DNA of 18,400 nucleotides, from the IMG/VR virus record IMGVR_UViG_2718218131_000010, positions 1 to 18,400 of that record. The stretch is one strand, 5' to 3'. Numbering within the stretch: position 1 is the stretch's first letter; each line of letters begins with the position of its first letter. Made by a program: the position numbers and the translations under genes. Of this stretch, positions 1 through 7,785 are shown one piece after another. The notes under the pieces were generated by a model. The model did no database searches, was not told where the DNA came from, and saw only the letters and a list, made by a program, of their open reading frames with translations. The stretch is from a virus (Duplodnaviria; Heunggongvirae; Uroviricota; Caudoviricetes).

Positions 1-582
1 ATGAAAGGCGAAGTGAAAGAGCGCGGCATGATTTTTAACGATGAGATGGTCCGGGCAATTCTTGGCGGGAATAAAACACAGACTCGCAGGATTGTTGAAG
101 AAAAATTCTATGGACGGGCAGTGGCCGCAGAGTTGCTTGCCAAGCATTGTCCATATGGTCAACCGGGCGATCGTATTTGGGTTCGCGAAACCTACCGGGT
201 ACATGGCAAAGCGACGGACGTCGCAACGCTGGTTTATCGCGCAAGTGTGCGTAACTCCTGGACAGAACAAACGCACCGGGTTCCGGTCGAGGTTTGTAAT
301 AAACCAGTATCAGAAAAGTGGACGCCATCAATTCACATGCCGCGCTGGGCATCGCGCATTCTTCTGGAAATTACCAACGTGCGCGTTGAGCGGTTGAACG
401 ATATCAGCGAATGCGATGCAAGGACTGAGGGCGCACCAACAGAATCGACCCTCATTGGCGATAAGCATTACCCAGGTTTCCGTAGCCTATGGAAATCAAT
501 TTATGGCGAAGATAGTTGGAACGCTAATCCCTGGGTGTGGGTAATCGAGTTTGAGCGTATTCAGGGGGCAACCAGTGAGTGA
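1..582 (+). CDS. ASCH/PUA-like domain protein (possibly 5' truncated at window edge; alternative start at 28)
   Basis: ORF track 193 aa; N-terminal MIFNDEMVRAILGGNKTQTRR...RIWVRETY resembles the ASCH-fold signature (GxKTxExR followed by beta strand). Stop TGA 580-582 overlaps the next gene start. Family assignment from memory of the motif, not a search. Confidence 0.5.
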   Translation: MKGEVKERGMIFNDEMVRAILGGNKTQTRRIVEEKFYGRAVAAELLAKHCPYGQPGDRIWVRETYRVHGKATDVATLVYRASVRNSWTEQTHRVPVEVCNKPVSEKWTPSIHMPRWASRILLEITNVRVERLNDISECDARTEGAPTESTLIGDKHYPGFRSLWKSIYGEDSWNANPWVWVIEFERIQGATSE

Positions 583-835
583 GTCAAAATGCCAAATTAA
601 TGGCAACAAGATAGAACCGTGCGCGGCGTTGGCACAATCCCTGGAGCATGACGCTGAATACACGACGCGAAAAGGTCTGCTGAAATACAAAATCTATAAC
701 CATGAATTAATTCATTCACGAGACCTGATCATGCTGCGGTCTGGTGAATTTTCTAAATCGCCTATTCGAGTTTCATTTTGCCCGTTCTGTGGTGAAAGTC
801 TGAAAACGTGGGAAGCGGAGGCAACCAGTGAGTAA
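575..835 (+). CDS. small Cys-rich (putative zinc-ribbon) protein, GTG start
   Basis: Frame-2 ORF; likely start GTG 575 preceded by GGGGCAACCA (SD-like); contains CxxxxxxxxxC and CPFC pairs; overlaps upstream stop by 8 nt (translational coupling). Confidence 0.4.
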   Translation: MSESKCQINGNKIEPCAALAQSLEHDAEYTTRKGLLKYKIYNHELIHSRDLIMLRSGEFSKSPIRVSFCPFCGESLKTWEAEATSE

Positions 836-1016
836 CCGTTTTTACATGATGTGCTTGCGTGAAACTGTGGGTAATAACGCCTCATTCCATTGCCATAACG
901 GCAATGGTTACAGTTCTTGGCGCGGCGGAAGCGTTTATGATGCAGAAGCATGGCGAGATGGCTATGAAGCAGGGAAAACGCCTGTCGAAGTATATTGTGA
1001 TGAGTGGGGTGGGTGA
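828..1016 (+). CDS. small hypothetical protein (62 aa), GTG start
   Basis: ORF track; GTG 828 preceded by GGAGGCAACCA; stop 1014-1016 abuts ATG 1017 of the next gene. Confidence 0.35.
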   Translation: MSNRFYMMCLRETVGNNASFHCHNGNGYSSWRGGSVYDAEAWRDGYEAGKTPVEVYCDEWGG

Positions 1017-1745
1017 ATGATTTGCCTTCACAACGCAGACTGCTTTGACATCTTTCCGCAAATCGCCAGCAACTCCGTAGATCTTGTATGTGCCGATATT
1101 CCATATGGAACAACTCGGTGTCGCTGGGATTCTGTTCTCGACCTGCAGTTGATGTGGAAGCAGATTTACCGTATTTCCAAACCGAACGCTGCAATTGTTC
1201 TGTTTTCCGCTCAGCCTTTTACCAGCGTGCTGGTCAACAGCAATCTTCGTGACTGGAAAACAGAATGGATTTGGGAAAAGCCACACGCGACAGGATTTTT
1301 GAACGCAAAAAAACAACCTTTAAGAGCGCATGAAAATATTGAAGTTTTTTACAGAAAGCAACCGACATACAACCCACAGATGACGTATGGGCACGCCAGA
1401 AAAACCTCAACAAGAGGTAGGCTGAATACTGATGTATATGGCGATGCGCTGAAAAAGGTCGTTTACGATTCAACAAGTCGCTATCCGAGAGACGTGCAGA
1501 AATTCTCCAGCGACAAGCAAAAGCAGGCACTTCATTCAACACAAAAGTCACTGGCTCTGGTGAGATATCTGATTGAAACATATAGCAATATTGGCGACAC
1601 GGTGTTGGATTTCACTATGGGTAGCGGAACTACTGGCGTTGCGTGCCAACAATCAGGACGCCGATTTACAGGAATAGAAAAAGATCCAGAAATTTTTCGT
1701 ATCGCATTAGAGCGTATGGGAATTAAACAGGAGCATGCAGCATGA
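1017..1745 (+). CDS. DNA N6-adenine/N4-cytosine methyltransferase (PF01555-like, beta class), orphan
   Basis: 242 aa; N-terminal SVDLVCADIPYG (motif IV, DPPY-like) and C-terminal HSTQKSLALVRYLIETYSNIGDTVLDFTMGSGTTGVACQQSGRRFTGIEKD (motif I FxGxG, AdoMet binding). No adjacent restriction endonuclease gene. Confidence 0.85.
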   Translation: MICLHNADCFDIFPQIASNSVDLVCADIPYGTTRCRWDSVLDLQLMWKQIYRISKPNAAIVLFSAQPFTSVLVNSNLRDWKTEWIWEKPHATGFLNAKKQPLRAHENIEVFYRKQPTYNPQMTYGHARKTSTRGRLNTDVYGDALKKVVYDSTSRYPRDVQKFSSDKQKQALHSTQKSLALVRYLIETYSNIGDTVLDFTMGSGTTGVACQQSGRRFTGIEKDPEIFRIALERMGIKQEHAA

Positions 1746-1763
1746 TTTTTGTGGAGGCAACCA

Positions 1764-1946
1764 GTGAGCGAAATTAACTATCAAGAACTGCGCGAGGCGG
1801 CGGAACAGGCAACGCAAGATGAATGGGTAGCATATATTTTGCCGGTCATAACGGCATTTATCCTGCGCGCACGTCTGAGGGTAGGCATTGCGGATACTTT
1901 ATTGACTGGCCTGGCGTCTGTCAGGGGCGGGAGAGCATCAGCATGA
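1764..1946 (+). CDS. small hypothetical protein (60 aa), GTG start; N-terminus paralogous to ORF 2560-2985
   Basis: GTG 1764 preceded by GGAGGCAACCA; first ~12 residues VSEINYQELREAA match VSKIDYQVLREAA of the 2560 gene; stop overlaps ATG 1943 (ATGA). Confidence 0.3.
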   Translation: MSEINYQELREAAEQATQDEWVAYILPVITAFILRARLRVGIADTLLTGLASVRGGRASA

Positions 1947-2563
1947 GCATCAGAACCTACGCAGTGAATTGCAATGACGCATGGCTAAACACCGAAGGTG
2001 ATGACATCTCCGGCTCATACGTTAAGTACAAAGACCATCAGGAAGTGGTTGCCGCTCTTGAGGCCAAGTGCGCGGCGCTGGCAGCGGAGAATGCAAGACT
2101 GAAGGCCGGGGCTATGTATTTCTCATATGGCTCTGAATTTAGTTTCGAGTGTCACAAAACTGCTGAGGAGGCTATCGCTGCTGCTGAGGCTGCAATTGAC
2201 GACTATAGAGGCGATGCTTGCGATGGATGGAGCGAAGAGGTCGAAAGCATTTGCTGGGGGGTAATTATTCAGCAGGCAACCAAGGTCGGTGAACGCAAGA
2301 AGAGGAAATGCGACAGAGTATCACCATGGATTGAAAGAGTTTGTGATTATGAGCTTCGACCTAATGTCGAAACCCCAGCCACCGATGCTTTCCTTGCTGA
2401 AGTTCGGGCGCAGGGCGTGGAGATGCTGGCAAAAAATCATCAAAGTATCGTCAATGCACTTAAGGGGGATTCTTTATTTTCTGATGGTGAATACCGGCAT
2501 GCAATTATCGCTTCCGCAGCAACATCTTTCGCCGCCCAGCTTCGCAAAGGAGGCAACCAGTGA
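1943..2563 (+). CDS. hypothetical protein (206 aa)
   Basis: ATG 1943 with GGGAG about 10 nt upstream; the track ORF 1823-2563 is trimmed to this start; stop TGA 2561-2563 overlaps GTG 2560 of the next gene. Confidence 0.5.
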   Translation: MSIRTYAVNCNDAWLNTEGDDISGSYVKYKDHQEVVAALEAKCAALAAENARLKAGAMYFSYGSEFSFECHKTAEEAIAAAEAAIDDYRGDACDGWSEEVESICWGVIIQQATKVGERKKRKCDRVSPWIERVCDYELRPNVETPATDAFLAEVRAQGVEMLAKNHQSIVNALKGDSLFSDGEYRHAIIASAATSFAAQLRKGGNQ

Positions 2564-2985
2564 GCAAGATTGACTATCAGGTACTGCGTGAGGCAGCAGT
2601 AGCAATTGAAACAGTAGCAACGCCTCAAAAATTGCTGGCATTTCGTATGAAAGTCACACCTCAGGTTGTGCTGGCACTACTGGATGAACGGGAAGCAGAC
2701 AAAAAGCGCATTGCAGAACTGGAAGCTCGGGAAATAAAACCAGCCAAAGGTGAAGTTCTTGTCGTTGTTTCTGGTTTTACTGGTTGCGGAAAAAGCGCCA
2801 TTGCCGGGGAAATAGAAATCGCGATGAAGGCTATTGGTGTACCGGTTCAGTGGACTAATGGCGATGCAGAAAAGCGCATGACTGGCGCTGACTGGCTGAC
2901 TGCGATTGAGATGTACAAACCAACTGTGCGCATCGTGGAAGTTAATGTGCCCCGCGCCGCAGGCATTCGCATCAAAGGAGAGTGA
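2560..2985 (+). CDS. hypothetical protein (141 aa) with Walker-A-like GFTGCGKS motif
   Basis: GTG start in the conserved GGAGGCAACCAGTGAG junction; motif VVVSGFTGCGKSA fits G-x4-GKS, but the protein is short for an NTPase and no Walker B was seen. Confidence 0.5.
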   Translation: MSKIDYQVLREAAVAIETVATPQKLLAFRMKVTPQVVLALLDEREADKKRIAELEAREIKPAKGEVLVVVSGFTGCGKSAIAGEIEIAMKAIGVPVQWTNGDAEKRMTGADWLTAIEMYKPTVRIVEVNVPRAAGIRIKGE

Positions 2986-2986
2986 T

Positions 2987-3502
2987 ATGGCGTTAACACA
3001 CCACGAACTCTGTCAGATTGCGTACAAGTTCCTTAAGCGCAACGGGTTCAAGGTTTGTTTTCATGACCGCTTTATAGCTGTAACCAGTACCGGAGAACAG
3101 CCAGATGCTATGGGATTCAGAAATTCAGCATCATGCCTGATAGAGGCGAAGTGTTCTCGTGCTGACTTGTTAGCAGATAGAAAAAAGCGTTTTCGTAAAA
3201 ATCCGTCTCTTGGAATGGGCGACTGGCGATTCTTTATTAGTGAGCCGGGAATTATTTCAATTGAGGATTTACCACCTGGCTGGGGGTTACTTCACGTTGT
3301 TAACGGAAGAGTACGGAAAGTACATGGGTGGCCCAAGGGTAATTGCTGTTGGGGTAATCCTGACGATAAGCCATTTACTGGAAATAAGCAGGTTGAATGC
3401 GATTACATGTTATCTGCATTAAGGCGCATGGAGTTGAGAGGGCACCTTAATGAAATATATGACGGTGTAATTGTTAATAAGAAAGAAGGAAACGCGGCAT
3501 GA
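2987..3502 (+). CDS. PD-(D/E)xK nuclease-fold protein (MmcB-like?), 171 aa
   Basis: ATG 2987 with AAAGGAGAG RBS; motif ...GEQPDAMGF...CLIEAKCSRADLL fits a D...(D/E)xK restriction-endonuclease-like core. Family call is tentative. Confidence 0.45.
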   Translation: MALTHHELCQIAYKFLKRNGFKVCFHDRFIAVTSTGEQPDAMGFRNSASCLIEAKCSRADLLADRKKRFRKNPSLGMGDWRFFISEPGIISIEDLPPGWGLLHVVNGRVRKVHGWPKGNCCWGNPDDKPFTGNKQVECDYMLSALRRMELRGHLNEIYDGVIVNKKEGNAA

Positions 3503-4485
3503 TCACTATTACCAAAGAGCGACTACTGACAATCAAGCAGTGGCGCGAAACATACGGACCTGGTAGCAACGTTGTACTGCCAGCAGAAGAAGCGGAAGAA
3601 CTGGCGCGGATTGCACTGGCATCACTGGAAGCAGATCCAGTTGCTTATATTTTCAAACATCCGGCCGGGAAATTATTCTGGGCTTTAACGGATGAAAGCA
3701 ATAAAGAGCAAGCTGACGTTATTCCTGTTTATGCTGCCGCGCCTGCGTCGGTTGTGCCGGATAATGCATCAGAGCCTCTTGCTTATGCTTACAAAGAGCT
3801 TACGCCTGAGATTATGCGCAACCATTTAGCTGTATTCGAGCGATATGGAATAGCCCCAAACGATAGCTCTACCACAATTCAGGCACTGCGAATCGCGCTG
3901 GATGGCATAGAGCGGAGCGGCGCCATGCTTCATGGTGCCGAACCTGTAAGCCAAACTTACAAGTTGCTAGTTAATACACCTTGCCAAGATGCGCCAGCCC
4001 ATATCTGGCTGCAAACAGCTGGAGTATGGCCAGAAGATGGCGAGTTAAGCGAATTAACGTGGTGCAGCCACAATCAGCACCATGATGACACGCTATATGT
4101 TCGAGCTGACCTTGTGAATGGCAACTATCCGGATATTCCGGATAGTTCGGTGCCAGGGCCAGGAAAGGGCGTCACCGGTGAACGTATCCGCATTAAACCG
4201 CATGTTTATCGCGAACTGGTTAACCGTCTCCACGATACAGCGATCAAGTGTGCGGGCACCCAGCAATTACGAGAAAGAATTAGCCGTGTTTTGGGCGACG
4301 TTATTACGCCAGATCATCATAAACAAGCCGAGAAAAGTGGCTTGGAAAGGTGTCACCTTGAGGCGGCATTAAACATTAAGCCGGGGCATACGCTTGGCAT
4401 TATTGATGCACTATTGGTTCATAAGATGGCCAGGGCTTTATTGCCGCTGGTGGATGCTGGCGATACAAGCGAGGGTGAAGTATGA
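3499..4485 (+). CDS. hypothetical protein (328 aa)
   Basis: ORF track; ATGA overlap with upstream stop; AAGAAGGAAACG RBS. Confidence 0.6.
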   Translation: MITITKERLLTIKQWRETYGPGSNVVLPAEEAEELARIALASLEADPVAYIFKHPAGKLFWALTDESNKEQADVIPVYAAAPASVVPDNASEPLAYAYKELTPEIMRNHLAVFERYGIAPNDSSTTIQALRIALDGIERSGAMLHGAEPVSQTYKLLVNTPCQDAPAHIWLQTAGVWPEDGELSELTWCSHNQHHDDTLYVRADLVNGNYPDIPDSSVPGPGKGVTGERIRIKPHVYRELVNRLHDTAIKCAGTQQLRERISRVLGDVITPDHHKQAEKSGLERCHLEAALNIKPGHTLGIIDALLVHKMARALLPLVDAGDTSEGEV

Positions 4486-4844
4486 GAGTTGCAGATCACA
4501 TCAAACACCTTGAAAGAATTATCGAAAACGGTGAACTCTTAAGAGATCAGATGAGACGCACGGCAGAAGTCAGAGAGGCGATAATCCGCAGTCAGGCTGG
4601 TAAATTAAAGCAATTGTCAGAGATTAACGCGCTATACAAGAACAGACGTAACCGGGCGGCGCTGCGGCTTCAGAAAGCACGTAATGAAATTAAATTGGTG
4701 GAGGCAAAACTGAAAAAACAGATTCAGCGTTACGATCAGCAAGATGCTTTTTATGCCGCCATCAAGGCGGCTGCTAATGAAATAGGCATCTGGAAGTTGC
4801 TGGTGGAGAAAGCAAAGACGAAGTTAAATGCCAACGAAAGCTGA
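4482..4844 (+). CDS. hypothetical coiled-coil protein (120 aa)
   Basis: ORF track; ATGA overlap with upstream gene; K/R/E-rich heptad-like composition. Confidence 0.55.
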   Translation: MRVADHIKHLERIIENGELLRDQMRRTAEVREAIIRSQAGKLKQLSEINALYKNRRNRAALRLQKARNEIKLVEAKLKKQIQRYDQQDAFYAAIKAAANEIGIWKLLVEKAKTKLNANES

Positions 4845-4918
4845 ACTACAGGTACCCACCAGCACATACAGAAAATGATTGTTTCCACATCAAGGAGATT
4901 TTAATGTTTCACTGAACA

Positions 4919-5056
4919 TTAAGTAAGCCAGTGCATAATTCCATTTTTTACTGACCTTAAAAGCAAAATCAAAACGATGATGAGGATGATCGCCAGAATC
5001 TGGCTAATAACAGGCGCATCTAAAAATGCACTCAGGAACTGAAAAAAAGCAGTCAT
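4919..5056 (-). CDS. candidate 45-aa hydrophobic single-TM peptide (MTAFFQFLSAFLDAPVISQILAIILIIVLILLLRSVKNGIMHWLT)
   Basis: Hand-translated minus-strand ORF below the 60-aa track cutoff; ATG at 5056-5054 with AGGA 9 nt upstream; one strongly hydrophobic helix followed by basic residues; stop at 4921-4919. Confidence 0.3.
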   Translation of the reverse strand: MTAFFQFLSAFLDAPVISQILAIILIIVLILLLRSVKNGIMHWLT

Positions 5057-5097
5057 TAAGGTGGTTCCTTGTCAAATGTAAAGGAGCACTTGCTCAC

Positions 5098-5126
5098 GTT
5101 GACGTAGAAACCCAACCCCTATATAG
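5098..5126 (+). promoter_or_regulatory. near-consensus sigma70 promoter (TTGACG-17 bp-TATAGT)
   Basis: -35 TTGACG 5098-5103, 17-bp spacer, -10 TATAGT 5121-5126; divergent from the small peptide gene; may drive hot via a long leader or a small RNA/ORF (5155-5352). Confidence 0.4.
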
Positions 5127-5505
5127 TTGGATTCGGTGAAAGAAAGTCGTTAACGTGAGCTTACGGCACATGTTTTCGGAACAACATCAGGGAACGGCTA
5201 ATTCCTTGATGCGGATGGGGTCTGTAATGCAGACCCTATCTATTAACGTCATGATTGCATCTCAAATTTTCTCCTTATCTTCATTAATCAAAATTCATTT
5301 CATTTGTGAAACATCACAATATTTAGAAAATGGCCCTCTTGCAAGTGCATAACTTTGTGGATAAATCAGGAAGAAAAAAGTTGATTCTGCGCACGGCAAG
5401 GCAGATAAGCTGTGCACAAAAATCAATGGGAGAAGAAAAAAAATTAAAAGTTACTTTGCTGGTTAAATAATAGTCGTTACTCAATTATTCTGGATGGGAT
5501 TTGAT

Positions 5506-5757
5506 ATGCACGATTGGAATATTGCAGCTAAAAGTCAGGAAGAACGGGATAAGGTTAACGTTGATCTGGCTGCCAGCGGTGTGGCGTACAAAGAGCGATT
5601 GAACATACCTGTCATAGCTGAACAGGTAGCCCGCGAGCAACCAGAGAATCTGCGCACCTATTTCATGGAACGGCTACGGCACTACCGGCAGTTAAGCCTC
5701 CAGTTGCCAAAAGGGAGCGATCCGGCATATCAGAAAGATGATGCCGTAAAGAAATAG
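5506..5757 (+). CDS. hot: Hot, homolog of DNA polymerase III theta subunit (HolE)
   Basis: [43 protein letters not shown] closely parallels E. coli HolE ([43 protein letters not shown]). Start at 5506 preferred (GGGA SD); in-frame alternative ATG at 5494. Confidence 0.85.
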   Translation: MHDWNIAAKSQEERDKVNVDLAASGVAYKERLNIPVIAEQVAREQPENLRTYFMERLRHYRQLSLQLPKGSDPAYQKDDAVKK

Positions 5758-5763
5758 CGGTAG

Positions 5764-6336
5764 TTAACCGTTTTGAACTTCTCGTATCCTGGCAATGACA
5801 GCTTCATGTTGGGCTTGGATAGCGGCTTTTTCGTTTTCAAGTCGGGCAATAGACATCTCTAATTCTTTGCTGTACCAGGCGAGTTGGGCCAGGTTCATCC
5901 GGTTGTGGTCGAGAGTTGGAGACACTTCGACGCGATCCCTTTCTTCCTGTTTTAATGAGAAGAGATTCATCTCATCCCTTGAGGAAAATTCAGCAACAAT
6001 TTCTTGTTGATGATCCGGTCGCTGCGGCATCCTCGCCAGTATAAATGGCGGTTCTTTTGAAAACATGAATGTCGGTTCAGAACGTGTTTTCACCCATCTA
6101 GCCTGCTGTCTTTCGGCAAGTTCACAGGCTTCATCATAGTTATTTGCCAAACCAAGCACGGATGGACGGTCCCACGCGCCACCATTCAGACAATAAACAA
6201 CAATTTTCCCGTCATGTTCTGTAACCCCATAGGGATGGTCCCACCAGGCGTCCAGCTGAGCTTTAGAGCGTTTCTCGTTAGGAGTGCAGTCAAAATTTTT
6301 GGGCAATACAGGATCGAGAGGAATGCGATTAGGCAT
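5764..6336 (-). CDS. hypothetical protein (190 aa), divergent from humD; position matches P1 lxr
   Basis: ORF track; lies between hot and humD as in the P1 gene order hot-lxr-humD (recalled, not verified by sequence). Confidence 0.55.
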   Translation of the reverse strand: MPNRIPLDPVLPKNFDCTPNEKRSKAQLDAWWDHPYGVTEHDGKIVVYCLNGGAWDRPSVLGLANNYDEACELAERQQARWVKTRSEPTFMFSKEPPFILARMPQRPDHQQEIVAEFSSRDEMNLFSLKQEERDRVEVSPTLDHNRMNLAQLAWYSKELEMSIARLENEKAAIQAQHEAVIARIREVQNG

Positions 6337-6471
6337 AGCTAATTCCTTATTAACTGATTGGCAACGAGGTTACGCTGATCCGTTGGTGATGAATAGTAGC
6401 AAAGAGCACAAAATCATCAGCGGTGGTTGATGTACGTAACGCGTTTGCACCAAAGGTGTCCCTTTAATGTA

Positions 6472-6491
6472 TACTGTATAAATGAACAGTA
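6472..6491. promoter_or_regulatory. LexA (SOS) box TACTGTATAAATGAACAGTA
   Basis: Matches the CTGT-N8-ACAG consensus exactly; 20 bp upstream of humD ATG; overlaps a TATAAA/TATACT -10 candidate with TTGCAC as a possible -35 at 6445-6450. Confidence 0.85.
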
Positions 6492-6510
6492 TTATTGAGG
6501 TGAAAACGCT

Positions 6511-6900
6511 ATGGGCTTCCCTTCTCCTGCGGCGGATTATGTTGAAAGCAGAATTTCTCTTGATCAGCAACTAATCAGGCATCCATCAGCGACCTACTTC
6601 ATGCGGGCGGCAGACAGCCATCACCGTGAGGGAATATTGCAGGGTGCTTTGCTGGTGGTTGATTCCTCGCTTACTCCGGTTGATGGTTCGCTGCTTGTCT
6701 GCGCTATGGAGGGTGAATATCGCATAAAGAGATACCGAAAGTATCCGCGCCAGCACCTGGAGGATTTAAGCACCGGGAAGAAAGAGGCGTTACCAGTAGA
6801 TGACGATGGTTACACGGGTAGTAATGCCGTGTTTGGTGTGATCACTCATGTCATCAATGATGCCCGGAGTGGGGAGTTTGATGATTGTCCGGTCATTTAA
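6511..6900 (+). CDS. humD: HumD, UmuD' homolog (translesion synthesis accessory)
   Basis: 129 aa; UmuD-like peptidase S24 C-terminal region (LLVCAMEGEYRIKRY...VFGVITHVIN); LexA box immediately upstream. Confidence 0.9.
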   Translation: MGFPSPAADYVESRISLDQQLIRHPSATYFMRAADSHHREGILQGALLVVDSSLTPVDGSLLVCAMEGEYRIKRYRKYPRQHLEDLSTGKKEALPVDDDGYTGSNAVFGVITHVINDARSGEFDDCPVI

Positions 6901-6972
6901 GCTGCAAAGTGCTGGTGCTTTATGCCTGTGAAGTTTATAATTGTGTACACATAACGAGTACACGAGGTGTTT

Positions 6973-7194
6973 ATGCAATCCATTAACTTCCGTACCGCGC
7001 GCGGCAACCTTTCTGAAGTGCTCAACAATGTTGAAGCCGGGGAAGAGGTTGAAATCACCCGCAGAGGCCGTGAGCCAGCAGTAATTGTCAGCAAGGCTAC
7101 TTTTGAAGCCTACAAAAAAGCGGCGCTGGATGCTGAATTTGCATCCCTGTTTGACACCCTGGACTCCACCAACAAGGAACTGGTTAACCGATAA
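6973..7194 (+). CDS. phd: Phd antitoxin (prevent host death)
   Basis: [49 protein letters not shown]... matches P1 Phd; TAATG overlap with doc. Confidence 0.95.
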   Translation: MQSINFRTARGNLSEVLNNVEAGEEVEITRRGREPAVIVSKATFEAYKKAALDAEFASLFDTLDSTNKELVNR

Positions 7195-7574
7195 TGAGGC
7201 ATATATCACCGGAAGAACTTATTGCGCTTCATGATGCGAATATAAACCGCTACGGCGGCTTGCCGGGAATGTCAGATCCGGGTAGGGCAGAGGCCATTAT
7301 CGGGAGAGTTCAGGCCAGAGTTGCCTACGAAGAGATCACCGACCTTTTCGAAGTCTCCGCCACCTACCTGGTGGCTACAGCGAGAGGGCATATATTCAAT
7401 GATGCCAATAAGCGTACCGCGCTAAACAGTGCGCTGTTATTTCTACGCCGTAACGGGGTGCAGGTATTTGATTCACCTGAACTGGCAGACCTTACTGTAG
7501 GCGCTGCGACTGGCGAGATATCTGTATCTTCTGTCGCCGACACGTTACGTAGATTGTATGGTTCTGCGGAGTAG
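7194..7574 (+). CDS. doc: Doc toxin (death on curing, Fic-fold kinase)
   Basis: 126 aa [22 protein letters not shown]...[11 protein letters not shown]... matches P1 Doc; 1-nt overlap with the phd stop. Confidence 0.95.
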   Translation: MRHISPEELIALHDANINRYGGLPGMSDPGRAEAIIGRVQARVAYEEITDLFEVSATYLVATARGHIFNDANKRTALNSALLFLRRNGVQVFDSPELADLTVGAATGEISVSSVADTLRRLYGSAE

Positions 7575-7578
7575 ATTA

Positions 7579-7758
7579 ATGGCACGCAAATACAACAAAT
7601 TGTCCCGTGAAGCGTTAAAGATGCTTCTTGATGGCGTGAGTCGCCGCAAGGTAAAGCAATACCTGGTTGGTAAGCAAATTGGTGCCAGGACCGCTATTGC
7701 TGTGTTATGCCGTCAGGAAATGGTTGTGCTTAAACAGAGAATGCCGGGCAGCAGATAA
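7579..7758 (+). CDS. pdcA: small basic protein downstream of doc (pdcA by synteny)
   Basis: ATG 7579 with GGAG 7 nt upstream (track ORF begins at 7558 inside doc); symbol assigned from P1 gene order only. Confidence 0.5.
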   Translation: MARKYNKLSREALKMLLDGVSRRKVKQYLVGKQIGARTAIAVLCRQEMVVLKQRMPGSR

Positions 7759-7785
7759 AGCCCAATCAGTGATGAAAGGTGTGAT

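Noticed and set aside
35-1316. Minus-strand and alternative-frame ORFs (35-352, 41-397, 496-690, 712-1194, 882-1316) overlapping the left operon
   Set aside because: They overlap better-supported plus-strand genes with coupled starts and stops and have no RBS or recognisable domains; likely shadow ORFs.
566-2564. Four copies of a 13-16 nt repeat that could be mistaken for a CRISPR-like array
   Set aside because: Irregular spacing (about 250, 920 and 800 bp), each copy is an SD-plus-GTG gene junction within coding sequence, and there are no short uniform spacers.
5229-5248. GGGGTCTG resembling the first 8 nt of a Tn3-family terminal inverted repeat
   Set aside because: Similarity stops after 8 nt; the sequence is the 5' arm of a local hairpin (GGGTCTG/CAGACCC), and no transposon genes or matching second IR are present.
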